Below are positions 1-8,818 of a DNA stretch of 64,000 nt, one piece after another. The notes under the pieces were generated by a model. The model did not search any database and was not told the DNA's origin. It saw only the letters and a list, made by a program, of their open reading frames with translations. The translations under genes and the position numbers were made by a program. Each line of letters starts with the position of its first letter. Position 1 is the first letter of the stretch. The DNA lies in contig CALFIE010000006.1 in assembly GCA_937876095.1 (NCBI GenBank), forward strand, positions 10,624-74,623. Reading direction: 5' to 3'. Source of the DNA: an uncultured Flavobacteriales bacterium (GTDB taxonomy: Bacteria; Bacteroidota; Bacteroidia; Flavobacteriales; Weeksellaceae).

Positions 1-39
1 TCTAATAAAAAAAACTTTTATAAATGATGATGAATTAAA

Positions 40-558
40 ATGAATTTTGAAAAAATCTATGTTCAAAATCGTAAAATGGTGTATAATTTGGCGCTGCAAT
101 ATGTTCAGAACATAGAAGATGCCGAAGAAATTACCCAAGATATTTTTGTGAAAATCGCAGAAAAAATGGACTCTTTCCAAAAAAGTTCCGATGTAAAAAC
201 GTGGATTTACAGAATCAGCATCAACCAATGTTTGGATTTTATAAAAGCAAAAAATGCAAAAAAAAGGAGTATTTGGGGAAGTTTAGTACGCTTGAATGAT
301 CCTCAAAATTACTATCAACCAGCGCATTTTGATCATCCTGGAGTTATTTTGGAACAAAAAGAGGAAATTCAAAAAATTTTCGAGGGCATCAATCAATTGC
401 CTCCACAACAAAAAACGGTCATCATTTTATTAAAAATCGATGGAAGAACCCAAACTGAAACCGCCAAAATAATGGAATTGGGAGAAAAAGCAGTGGAATC
501 TCTGTTCCAAAGAGCCAAAAAAAATTTAACGACACTTTTAAACAAAAACGAAGGATAA
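40..558 (+). CDS. RNA polymerase sigma-70 factor, ECF subfamily
   Basis: 172-aa ORF; region-2-like segment (ITQDIFVKIAEK...WIYRISINQCLDFIK) and C-terminal region-4 HTH (QQKTVIILLKIDGRTQTETAKIMELGEKAVESLFQRAKKNL) typical of ECF sigma factors. Confidence 0.8.
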   Translation: MNFEKIYVQNRKMVYNLALQYVQNIEDAEEITQDIFVKIAEKMDSFQKSSDVKTWIYRISINQCLDFIKAKNAKKRSIWGSLVRLNDPQNYYQPAHFDHPGVILEQKEEIQKIFEGINQLPPQQKTVIILLKIDGRTQTETAKIMELGEKAVESLFQRAKKNLTTLLNKNEG

Positions 559-560
559 GA

Positions 561-821
561 ATGAAAAATTCGTCTAATAATTTTATGGAACTCGAAATTT
601 TGACCAAAATTCAACAAGTAGAACCAAAAGATGAACTGTACACTCAAATTTTGGAGAAAATACAGCAAAAAAATACCATTTCTTGGAATTGGGTTCGCAT
701 TGCCGCATGTTTTTTCATTATAGCGTTGGCTACAGAATACACTTTAGTTCACAAAAAAAATACACAACTAGAATTGGCAAATTTATTACCACAAAACTCA
801 AATATATTGTATTATGAATAA
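561..821 (+). CDS. putative anti-sigma factor (small single-pass membrane protein)
   Basis: 86-aa ORF starting 3 nt after the sigma-factor stop; single central hydrophobic helix (WVRIAACFFIIALATEY); call rests on position and architecture. Confidence 0.4.
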   Translation: MKNSSNNFMELEILTKIQQVEPKDELYTQILEKIQQKNTISWNWVRIAACFFIIALATEYTLVHKKNTQLELANLLPQNSNILYYE

Positions 822-1257
822 GTCAAAATTTTTGCTACTAATAATAGCAGCTTTGGTTATTTCAAACGGTGTGCTTCTTTTTGGTTGGATAAATGGTCCA
901 AAATCACATAAAGAACCACGAGAAATCATTATTAAAAAACTGCATTTTGATGATTCACAAATTGCTCAATATGAAATATTAATTTCACAACATCAAAAAA
1001 ATATTCGTGAAAACGAAACTCAAATAAACCAATATCGAAAAGAACTATACCAACAACTCAACAATACTACCGATTCTGAAAAAAAACAAAACACTATATC
1101 AAAAATTGGGGAGCTACAAATGAAAGCCGAAAAAATCAATTTGGAACATTTTTTGGATATCAAAAAATTATGTAAACCCAATCAAATGAAAGATTATGAA
1201 TCATTAACCCAAGAATTAGCTAATTTATTTGGTCATAAAATGAAAAAACCACGATAA
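814..1257 (+). CDS. periplasmic coiled-coil protein, Spy/CpxP(LTXXQ)-like envelope-stress protein candidate
   Basis: 147-aa ORF overlapping the upstream gene by 8 nt; N-terminal signal anchor, K/E/Q-rich helical body; third gene of the sigma/anti-sigma module. Confidence 0.35.
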   Translation: MNKSKFLLLIIAALVISNGVLLFGWINGPKSHKEPREIIIKKLHFDDSQIAQYEILISQHQKNIRENETQINQYRKELYQQLNNTTDSEKKQNTISKIGELQMKAEKINLEHFLDIKKLCKPNQMKDYESLTQELANLFGHKMKKPR

Positions 1258-1322
1258 TTTTTCGATTTTCAAATCCTGCTTTAACTTAATTGAAATAATA
1301 AAATCAAAAAAATAAATACTAT

Positions 1323-2522
1323 ATGAATTACAAATTTTCGACGACGATTTTTGCTGGGCTTTTAGCATTAATTATCTACTCTTGTTCCTCTGATTCTGTG
1401 ATAGAAGGTACACCAACTACCGAAACCTATCCGAATGTATTGGCAACTTTTGGTAACAACATCAATCTAAGTAGTTTAGAAAATTACGCCAACCAAACGA
1501 TTCCAAATTATATTACCAAAAATAATACAGGAACCAACCAAATTAGCGATAAAGGAGCAACTCTTGGTCGAGTTTTATTTTATGATAAAAATTTATCTAA
1601 AAACAACACCATTTCTTGTGCAAGTTGCCACAAACAATCTTTGGCTTTTAGTGATAACGCCATTGCAAGTACAGGAGTAAACGGAACTACAGGAAGACAT
1701 TCTATGCGATTAATCAACGCGAGATTTGCCAATGAAGCAAAATTTTTCTGGGACGAACGTGCAAGTTCACTAGAAGTGCAAACATCTATGCCAATACAAG
1801 ACCACAAAGAAATGGGTTTCAGTGGTGCAGATGGCGACGAAAATTTGACTGCGCTCCTTACTAAATTACAGAATATTGGTTATTACAAAGAATTGTTCAA
1901 ATTTGTATACGGAGATTCCAATGTAACGCAAGAACGTTTGCAAAATGCATTGGCACAATTTATAAGAAGTATACAATCGTTCGATTCTAAATACGATGCA
2001 GGTAGAGCAGCTTCACCAAATGATCAGGTAAATTTCCCAAATTTCACTGCACAAGAAAACCAAGGAAAACAATTGTTTCTTGCCGCTCCTGTTTTTGATG
2101 CCAATAGCAATAGAACTGGTGGTGGTTTAGGTTGTGCTGGTTGTCACGCTGCACCAGAATTTGATATTGATCCAAATACGAGAAACAACGGAATTATTGG
2201 GAATATTTCCGGAACTGGTGGTATAGATATTACCAATACAAGAGCGCCAAGTTTACGAAATGTGACCAATGCAGCTGGTGTAGAAAACGGACCATTTATG
2301 CATACCGGAAATTTGGCGACTTTGCAAAATGCAATCGGACATTACGGAACCATCAATATTGCACCAGGTAATACCAATCTAGATCCTAGACTTGCACCAA
2401 ACGGAATTGGACAAAAACTCAATCTTACAGGTGCAGAAGTAAATGCAGTTATCGCATTCCTAAAGACTTTAGGTGGAACAGACGTTTACACCAACAAAAA
2501 ATGGGGAAATCCATTTCCATAA
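1323..2522 (+). CDS. di-haem cytochrome c peroxidase family lipoprotein
   Basis: 399-aa ORF; lipoprotein-type signal (LIIYSCSSD); two CXXCH haem motifs (CASCH, CAGCH) about 170 aa apart as in the bacterial CCP/MauG family. Confidence 0.6.
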   Translation: MNYKFSTTIFAGLLALIIYSCSSDSVIEGTPTTETYPNVLATFGNNINLSSLENYANQTIPNYITKNNTGTNQISDKGATLGRVLFYDKNLSKNNTISCASCHKQSLAFSDNAIASTGVNGTTGRHSMRLINARFANEAKFFWDERASSLEVQTSMPIQDHKEMGFSGADGDENLTALLTKLQNIGYYKELFKFVYGDSNVTQERLQNALAQFIRSIQSFDSKYDAGRAASPNDQVNFPNFTAQENQGKQLFLAAPVFDANSNRTGGGLGCAGCHAAPEFDIDPNTRNNGIIGNISGTGGIDITNTRAPSLRNVTNAAGVENGPFMHTGNLATLQNAIGHYGTINIAPGNTNLDPRLAPNGIGQKLNLTGAEVNAVIAFLKTLGGTDVYTNKKWGNPFP

Positions 2523-2544
2523 TAGTTTTATTTAATTAAAATAA

Positions 2545-2580
2545 AAATCACCTCAATAGAATTTTTGAGGTGATTTTTTC
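2545..2580 (+). terminator. rho-independent terminator after the peroxidase gene
   Basis: hairpin AATCACCTCAA-loop-TTGAGGTGATT followed by TTTTC. Confidence 0.5.
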
Positions 2581-2682
2581 ATTAATGAAAAGAAATAACA
2601 TTCAAGCAACAAAATAATTTTAGTACATTGGCTCAATATTTGAAATAACAAATACCAATAATTTTTTTAAAATTAAAAAACT

Positions 2683-3372
2683 ATGAAAAAATACCTTATT
2701 TCTGCAACATTGCTTTTGAGTTCAGGAGCATTTATTGTAACTACTACGCAATCTTGTACTGCATTAGCATCTTCATCTGTAGGTTTAACCATATTGAAAC
2801 AAATTTTATTGGGTGGAATCTCCAAAGGTGTAAGTATTTTTAGTGATAAAAATAGCTTTTTAGCCAACCAACTGATAGATGCAGCAATGCCGCAAAAACT
2901 AAAAGATGTAAACTCCACTTTAGAAAAACTAGGACTCAGTAATTTGGTAGCCAAAGAAAAAGATTACATTGCACAAGCTGCCTCTTTTACGGTAACTACA
3001 GCACAACCAATTTTGGAAAATGCCGTAAATAATTTAACACCAGAAGATGCGGCAAAAATTGCACAAGGTGGAACTGGTGCAGCAACTCAATTGCTTAAAG
3101 AAAGAACCGCAACTCAATTGATGGCGGCAATTTCACCAAAAGTAGAGTCTAAACTAAATGAATTTGGAATCGTAAAAACGCTGAATACTGCATTAGCAGG
3201 AAGCAATATGCTCGGTTCACTTTTAGGTGGTAGTTCTAGTTCTAGCAGTTCATTAACTGGTGGTCTTAGCAAATTTGCTTCAGAACAAATGGTAAATGGA
3301 CTTTTCGCCATCATACAAAATAGCGAAACCAACAACGCTAGCAAAATTATGGGAGCTTTAGGTGTAAAATAA
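2683..3372 (+). CDS. secreted DUF4197-like protein
   Basis: 229-aa ORF with signal peptide; A/S/L/G-rich helical protein of the size and composition of Bacteroidota DUF4197 proteins; family assignment from memory. Confidence 0.35.
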   Translation: MKKYLISATLLLSSGAFIVTTTQSCTALASSSVGLTILKQILLGGISKGVSIFSDKNSFLANQLIDAAMPQKLKDVNSTLEKLGLSNLVAKEKDYIAQAASFTVTTAQPILENAVNNLTPEDAAKIAQGGTGAATQLLKERTATQLMAAISPKVESKLNEFGIVKTLNTALAGSNMLGSLLGGSSSSSSSLTGGLSKFASEQMVNGLFAIIQNSETNNASKIMGALGVK

Positions 3373-3457
3373 AAAAGTCTAAAATATTTAATTAACTTTG
3401 GGTTTCCGAAATTTTTTTTCGGAAACTTTTTTTATCATCTTTAAAAACAAAAAAATA

Positions 3458-3763
3458 ATGGACATTATAGGTGGAAAACCAGAGCAAAATCCTGACGATT
3501 TTTATAAATCGTTGAAAGAAAAACTAGAAACTACACACCAATTTCCCGAAGATTTTCTCTTCAAATTCATTATCACCAGTAGTTCCGAAAAAATTTCTGA
3601 AATTTTGCGTGTTTTTGATGGTCTTAATTTCACCTTTACCAATCGCGAAAGCAGCAAAGCAAAATACACGTCTTGTAACATCAATTGTTTTGTGCTAGAT
3701 GCAGACCAAGTAATCCGACTCTACCAAGAAGTTGGTAAAATAGAGGGCGTAATAATGCTCTAA
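3458..3763 (+). CDS. DUF493 (YbeD-like) family protein
   Basis: about 100 aa from the internal Met (MDIIGGKPEQNPDDFYKSL...); size and pattern resemble the UPF0250/YbeD family; ORF as drawn starts earlier at 3398. Confidence 0.45.
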   Translation: MDIIGGKPEQNPDDFYKSLKEKLETTHQFPEDFLFKFIITSSSEKISEILRVFDGLNFTFTNRESSKAKYTSCNINCFVLDADQVIRLYQEVGKIEGVIML

Positions 3764-3813
3764 TTTCTTTCTTAAAAAAATCTAAAAAAAACGCATTTTT
3801 TTAATTCAATTGA

Positions 3814-4707
3814 ATGAAAATACTAATTTCAGGAGCAAAAGGTTTGATTGGACAATATTTGGTGCAAAAACTCACCGAAAAAGGTCATTCTGTAAACATT
3901 CTGACCAGAAAAAAAACTGGTAAACCCAATGAATTTCGGTGGGATCCTGCAAAAAATTATATAGAAGACGATGCTTTTCTTGGGGTGCAAGCAATTATAC
4001 ATTTGGCTGGAGCAAGTATTGCCAAAAAATGGACAAGTTCATACAAAGAAGAACTCTACACCAGCAGAATAAATGGCGCACATTTAATCAAAAAATATTG
4101 CGAAAAACACCACATTCGTCCATTGGTTTATATTTCTGCATCGGGAACCAACTATTACGGAACCTTCACTTCACCTGTAATTTTGGCTGAAGATTCTGGA
4201 ATGGTACAGCAAGATTTTTTAGCCAAATTATGTGCAGATTGGGAACAGTCTGCTGCAGATTTTTCGGGAATTGCTGATAGAATTGTTTGCATAAGAACAG
4301 CAATGGTTTTAGCAAAAAAAGGAGGAGGTTTCCCAAGATTACAGAAAATCATCAATTACAATTTAGGATCTGCAATTGGTACCGGAACCCAATGGATGAA
4401 CTGGATTCACATAGATGATTTGGTAAATATCTACTTATTTACACTGGAAAATCCCAGTATTTCTGGTGCGTACAACGCAGTTGCAGATGAATTTCTTACC
4501 AATGAAGAACTGATGCGAAAATTAGCAAAAAACGCCCACAAAAAATTTCTACCCTTAAAAATTCCTACTTTTGTAATGAAAAAAATGTTCGGTGAAATGT
4601 CCGGAATCTTGTTGCAAGGTTCCAGAGTGTCGAATGAAAAAATAAAATCCAAAGGTTTCGAATTCAAATACAAAACACTGGATTTTGCATTGGCAGATTT
4701 AACCTAA
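3814..4707 (+). CDS. TIGR01777 (YfcH) family NAD-dependent epimerase/dehydratase-like protein
   Basis: 297 aa; N-terminal Rossmann motif ISGAKGLIG; C-terminal DUF1731-like tail (LQGSRVSNEKIKSKGFEFKY). Confidence 0.75.
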   Translation: MKILISGAKGLIGQYLVQKLTEKGHSVNILTRKKTGKPNEFRWDPAKNYIEDDAFLGVQAIIHLAGASIAKKWTSSYKEELYTSRINGAHLIKKYCEKHHIRPLVYISASGTNYYGTFTSPVILAEDSGMVQQDFLAKLCADWEQSAADFSGIADRIVCIRTAMVLAKKGGGFPRLQKIINYNLGSAIGTGTQWMNWIHIDDLVNIYLFTLENPSISGAYNAVADEFLTNEELMRKLAKNAHKKFLPLKIPTFVMKKMFGEMSGILLQGSRVSNEKIKSKGFEFKYKTLDFALADLT

Positions 4708-5043
4708 TAAAGCCTCGATTGCTACAATTTCTCTTGCAATAATTGCGCTATTATTTATAATCAGAATCGGTCTTTGCATCAAAATTGGGTAATTTGCCAA
4801 AATTGCAATTAGATCTTGCTCAGAATAGTTACTACATGAGAATTTTTCTGTCCAGACTGGCTCATTTTTTCTGATAATTTGGTGAACACTCAGTTGTAAC
4901 TGCGCTAGAAGTAGCTCTATTTCTTGCTCATTCAGTGGATTTTCTAGGTAATTTCTTACTTGGAAGGTGATTTTTTTCTCCTCCAAAAATTCTAATGCAC
5001 AATTGGATTTAGAACAAGTTCCGTTGTATAAAAGCGTAATCAT
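4699..5043 (-). CDS. ArsC/Spx family protein (arsenate reductase-like)
   Basis: 114 aa; N-terminal ITLLYNGTCSKSNCALEFLEE with redox Cys, typical ArsC/Spx/YffB fold. Confidence 0.6.
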   Translation of the reverse strand: MITLLYNGTCSKSNCALEFLEEKKITFQVRNYLENPLNEQEIELLLAQLQLSVHQIIRKNEPVWTEKFSCSNYSEQDLIAILANYPILMQRPILIINNSAIIAREIVAIEALLG

Positions 5044-5061
5044 TATTAAGAAATAAGAAAA

Positions 5062-5113
5062 AAGATTAAAGATTAAAGACTAAATCTTACATATTAAAGA
5101 CTAATGACTAGAA
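5062..5113. repeat. imperfect tandem heptamers (ATTAAAG / ACTAAAT / ACTAATG)
   Basis: aagATTAAAGATTAAAGACTAAATcttacatATTAAAGACTAATGACTAG between the ArsC-like and dNK genes. Confidence 0.4.
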
Positions 5114-5125
5114 TTATTTTTTTTA

Positions 5126-5740
5126 CTAAAAAAGTCCGTGAAGTGCCGTATCTATTTTCTCTAAAATAGTTCCGAAATCTTCGGGTCTTTCTACGAAATC
5201 CAAATCATCTACTTCTATGATCAGTAATTTACCTTCTTGATAATTAGAAATCCATTTCTCGTATTTCTGGTTGAGTTTAGAGAGGTATTCTATAGAAATC
5301 GAAGCCTCATATTCTCTACCACGTTTGTAAATTTTCTTTACCAAATTTGGGACATCTGATTTCAAATAAATCAATAAATCAGGCGCAGAAACGAAACTTT
5401 TCATCAGGTTAAAAACCGAAGAATAATTGTTGAAATCACGATTGGTTAACAGATTCATATCATTCAGATTTTCTGCAAAAATATGGGCATCTTCGTAAAT
5501 CGTTCGATCTTGTATGATATTTTTACCACTTTCGCGGATTTCTTTTACCTGCCGAAATCTGCTTCCCAGAAAATAAATCTGCAAGGCAAAACTCCATTTG
5601 CTCATATCTGCGTAGAAATCCTCGAGATACGGGTTGTGATCTACGTCTTCAAATTGCGCATCCCAACCATAATGTTTTGCCAACATCGTGGTGAGCGTAG
5701 TTTTTCCGGCACCTATATTTCCTGTAATTGCAATGTGCAT
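5126..5740 (-). CDS. deoxynucleoside kinase
   Basis: 204 aa; P-loop IAITGNIGAGKTT; dNK-family motifs (ERSIYSD-like RTIYED, DR box). Confidence 0.8.
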   Translation of the reverse strand: MHIAITGNIGAGKTTLTTMLAKHYGWDAQFEDVDHNPYLEDFYADMSKWSFALQIYFLGSRFRQVKEIRESGKNIIQDRTIYEDAHIFAENLNDMNLLTNRDFNNYSSVFNLMKSFVSAPDLLIYLKSDVPNLVKKIYKRGREYEASISIEYLSKLNQKYEKWISNYQEGKLLIIEVDDLDFVERPEDFGTILEKIDTALHGLF

Positions 5741-5831
5741 CTTTCTAAATAAATAATAATTGATGAATCTTTACTAACTGACTGATGATTATTTAATCAG
5801 GATAAATCAATTATCATTAATCAAATATCAT

Positions 5832-6590
5832 TTATGGTTTGTAAAGATAAAGTTTGTTACTGATGATTACAAAATATGCGGTCGAGTTTTTATCCACAAT
5901 CATAGATTTATCAGTATTGAAGACCTTTTTCAGCGAGTTATTTTTCCAAAGGGAAATCGTGTCTTTGCTAAAAACCAAAATTTGCTCATTTTCCCGACGA
6001 AGTTTTTTGGCGTTTGCAACTGGTGATTCTTGCAGAATTTTCCCATCAAAATCCAAAATTTTGAAGGAATTTTCGGTGAGGAGATAGATTTTTCGCTCGA
6101 AGACCAAAAAATCTACTACTTCATCAAAATTAATGGATAAAGGATAAGAATTGATGATGATATCATCTCTGTAATTGTATTGCACGAGTGTTTTAGTACT
6201 CTCATTCAGCAACCAAACTTGCTGTAAATCTTCGGTATAAGCTGCGCTCACAAAACCAAATTTTTGGCGGAAATCTATTTTCTGAATTTCTACCAAATTT
6301 TGATCCAGAAATTTAAGTTCTTGTGCATTGGCAGAAAACAGCACGATATTGAGTGGATTTTGCACATCTTGCACTCGAAAAGGAACCGTCATCATGGTTT
6401 TACCAAGTTGTTTTCCTACGGAATCGTATTTGGTAAAGCTGAAATCTCGATTTTTGTAGAGGTAGATATTCCCATAATCATCTGCAAAGAAATCTTTGGT
6501 TTCCCGTAATTTCAGGGAATCAAAAGGTAGCATTTTCTGTCCCGAAATGGTGCAGAAAAGAAAAAGTAATATGATTTGTAGGGATTTCAA
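5832..6590 (-). CDS. hypothetical secreted protein
   Basis: 252-aa ORF with signal peptide (LLFLFCTISGQ); no family recognised. Confidence 0.45.
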   Translation of the reverse strand: MKSLQIILLFLFCTISGQKMLPFDSLKLRETKDFFADDYGNIYLYKNRDFSFTKYDSVGKQLGKTMMTVPFRVQDVQNPLNIVLFSANAQELKFLDQNLVEIQKIDFRQKFGFVSAAYTEDLQQVWLLNESTKTLVQYNYRDDIIINSYPLSINFDEVVDFLVFERKIYLLTENSFKILDFDGKILQESPVANAKKLRRENEQILVFSKDTISLWKNNSLKKVFNTDKSMIVDKNSTAYFVIISNKLYLYKP

Positions 6591-6592
6591 AC

Positions 6593-6889
6593 TTAAAGCT
6601 CTAAGGTGTCTAGATTTCTACGATTGTCTCTAATAGCCACCAAAATATGTACCGATTTTTCAATGATGGTAAAATACAACGAAAAGTTTTCTAAAACGAC
6701 TACTCTTCTTACATTTCTGTAGGCAGTTTCAGAACCAATGAAAGGGTTGATTTCTAATAAGTTTTCGAACCGAAGAATTTCATCTAAAATTTTGTTGGAA
6801 TAAGAAAAAGATTGGTTATGTTCATTCCAAAATTTCAAAATTTCGGATTGTTGCAAAATAGCATTATTTGACCAAATTATTTGAAACAT
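6593..6889 (-). CDS. type II toxin-antitoxin system RelE/ParE-family toxin (candidate)
   Basis: 98 aa; overlaps the upstream small gene by 13 nt; ParE/RelE-like size and C-terminal basic region (AIRDNRRNL). Confidence 0.5.
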   Translation of the reverse strand: MFQIIWSNNAILQQSEILKFWNEHNQSFSYSNKILDEILRFENLLEINPFIGSETAYRNVRRVVVLENFSLYFTIIEKSVHILVAIRDNRRNLDTLEL

Positions 6890-7101
6890 TGCATAAAAAT
6901 TTGGTGCGCTTCTTCTTTGGTTTTGGTTTCGCCTTTCTCTATATTTTCAAAACCTTGGTCAACCAATTTTTTTTCAAAATCAGTAAGTTCAACTATGTTT
7001 TTTGATTTTTCTAAAGAAAATTTTATTTTCATTTCTTCTAAAAAAGCTTTCACTGCAGAAAACTGATTTGCATTTTCGGGGAAAATCAAAATAGAATCCA
7101 T
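6877..7101 (-). CDS. putative antitoxin of the adjacent ParE/RelE-like toxin
   Basis: 74-aa acidic ORF immediately upstream of and overlapping the toxin gene (classic antitoxin-first TA layout). Confidence 0.4.
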   Translation of the reverse strand: MDSILIFPENANQFSAVKAFLEEMKIKFSLEKSKNIVELTDFEKKLVDQGFENIEKGETKTKEEAHQIFMQCFK

Positions 7102-7146
7102 TTTATTAAATTTTAATCAAATATAGCACATTTCTTTATACAAAAA

Positions 7147-7175
7147 AAGCGCTCCAAAAAAGGAACGCTTATATC
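7147..7175 (-). terminator. terminator downstream of the glutaminyl cyclase gene (minus strand)
   Basis: on the minus strand AAGCGTTCC-loop-GGAGCGCTT followed by a T-run. Confidence 0.4.
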
Positions 7176-7191
7176 ATTATTAAAGAAACAT

Positions 7192-8220
7192 CTACTTAAC
7201 TGCAATTTCATAAATTTTGCTCCAGTTTTTACCTGTTACGAGCATATTGTCACCTTTGAAGGTGATTCCGTTGAGTACATTTTCTTTATCTTCGTTTAAA
7301 GGAATTTTATTTACAATTTCACTCAAATCAATTTTGCCAACTACTTCTCCGTTTTGTGGATTAATTTTCAAAATAATCGGTTTATGCCAAACATTGGCGT
7401 ACAAAAATCCTTGGTGATATTCTAATTCGTTTAGTTGGTCATACACTTCAGAATTTCCTGCAACAGAAATGTATTTTAACATTTTAGAAGGATCATTTGG
7501 ATCCAGAAAATAGATATTTTTGGTTCCGTCGTCTGCAATCAGGTTTTTGCCATCAGTAGTCATTCCCCAACCTTCGTTCATCACATTTGGATTTTTAAAT
7601 TGTCCCAATAATTTAAAAGAATTTTTATCGTAGATATAGCCAATTTTGGTTTGATAAGTTAATTGATATATTTTATCTCCAAAAATAGAAATCCCTTCTG
7701 AAAAAATAGAATCTGGCTGTTTTGCCTGCATCAAAGGATTTGTAGAACCAAGTGTATATTTTATTAAACGAGATTTTCCTTCTTGACCGATACTTTCGTA
7801 GATGGTATTTCCTTCTAATAGAAAACCTTCTGTAAAATAAGAGGTATCGTGAGGATATTCTTTTACCACTTCATAAGACATTTTGGCTTCAGGATTTTTA
7901 GCAAAAACATTGATGGTTGCATCTTGATTGAGGACTTTCCCATCTTTTTTGGTAATGTTGAAAGTGATTGCATTGTCGCCCAAAGTAAAAAATTTGGAAT
8001 CTACCACCAATTCAGAAGTTTCTTTGTCACCAAAACTGATGGTGATTTTTTCGGCATTTTCGGTAACTTCTTTTGGGAGCACCAATTTATCGCCGAAATG
8101 GTAACCTTTCGATTCCATAGACGTGTTGTAATCGCTGAGTGAATTTAGAATTTCTTTGTCTTTGTTACACGAAACTACAAGTAAAAGTGCAAAAAGTGCC
8201 AGTAAAAAGTGTTTTTTCAT
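7192..8220 (-). CDS. glutaminyl-peptide cyclotransferase (plant/bacterial beta-propeller type) with N-terminal lipoprotein extension
   Basis: 342 aa; lipoprotein signal (LLVVSCNKD); C-terminal ~250 aa align with papaya-type QC (EYPHDTSYFTEGFLLEGNTIYESIG...GWGMTTDGKNLIADDGT...LNELEYHQGFLYANVW). Confidence 0.8.
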   Translation of the reverse strand: MKKHFLLALFALLLVVSCNKDKEILNSLSDYNTSMESKGYHFGDKLVLPKEVTENAEKITISFGDKETSELVVDSKFFTLGDNAITFNITKKDGKVLNQDATINVFAKNPEAKMSYEVVKEYPHDTSYFTEGFLLEGNTIYESIGQEGKSRLIKYTLGSTNPLMQAKQPDSIFSEGISIFGDKIYQLTYQTKIGYIYDKNSFKLLGQFKNPNVMNEGWGMTTDGKNLIADDGTKNIYFLDPNDPSKMLKYISVAGNSEVYDQLNELEYHQGFLYANVWHKPIILKINPQNGEVVGKIDLSEIVNKIPLNEDKENVLNGITFKGDNMLVTGKNWSKIYEIAVK

Positions 8221-8274
8221 CGTTTATATTTTTCAAAAAAAGAAATTACAATGTTTTGAGGGCAAAACTACAAA

Positions 8275-8310
8275 AAAAGCATCATTTTTTGGTGAAAAAT
8301 GATGCCTTCA
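8275..8310 (-). terminator. terminator downstream of the SRPBCC gene (minus strand)
   Basis: GCATCATTTTT-loop-AAAAATGATGC hairpin followed on the minus strand by a T7 run. Confidence 0.45.
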
Positions 8311-8330
8311 ATTTGTTAAAAAATATTAAA

Positions 8331-8756
8331 TTAATTCTCTACGAAATTCTTCAAAGATTTGCCTACAATTTCAGACCAACCTTGCTCAAAACTTTCGTGA
8401 TAAAAATCCTGACCAAGATGGTGAAATGTATCTAAACCTTTATGTGTCAATGTAACCATTGTTCCTCCGTTTTCCTCGGTAAGTTCCCATTTTACGAGCG
8501 ATTTTCCTTTAGAAAGTTCTGGATATTCCCAAGAATATTTTAATTTTTCGGTGGGAATCACATCTATCACTTCACAATGATGGTGGTATTGTTTCTTGTC
8601 TCCTGGTTCATAAAAACTAAAATTATTGCCAATTTCTGGTTTAAAATCTGGTATATCGAAATACCAATTTTTCAAGGAATCTTGGTTGGTAAGTGCGCTC
8701 CAAACTTTCTCAACAGGCGCATCTACTTTTACGCTTACTTGTACATTGTCGTGCAT
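8331..8756 (-). CDS. SRPBCC / AHSA1-like domain protein
   Basis: 141 aa from MHDNVQVSVKVDAPVEKVWSALTNQDSLKNWYF (typical Aha1/SRPBCC N-terminus); ORF as drawn extends to 8813. Confidence 0.6.
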   Translation of the reverse strand: MHDNVQVSVKVDAPVEKVWSALTNQDSLKNWYFDIPDFKPEIGNNFSFYEPGDKKQYHHHCEVIDVIPTEKLKYSWEYPELSKGKSLVKWELTEENGGTMVTLTHKGLDTFHHLGQDFYHESFEQGWSEIVGKSLKNFVEN

Positions 8757-8818
8757 GATTTTCAATTTTTTATTAGTACCTAAAGTTAAGCAAGTTTTTT
8801 CAGAAACTGCCAAAATTT

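Noticed and set aside
393-668. Antisense ORFs inside annotated genes (for example 393..668-, 1580..1807-, 18710..19078+, 31344..31582+, 47890..48306-, 50631..51032+, 52492..52692-)
   Set aside because: They lie entirely within longer ORFs with strong family signatures on the opposite strand and have low-complexity or hydrophobic composition typical of shadow frames in AT-rich DNA.
8139-8435. 98-aa plus-strand ORF spanning the QC / SRPBCC intergenic region
   Set aside because: Overlaps the start of the QC gene and the terminator hairpin; composition is low-complexity; no start context.
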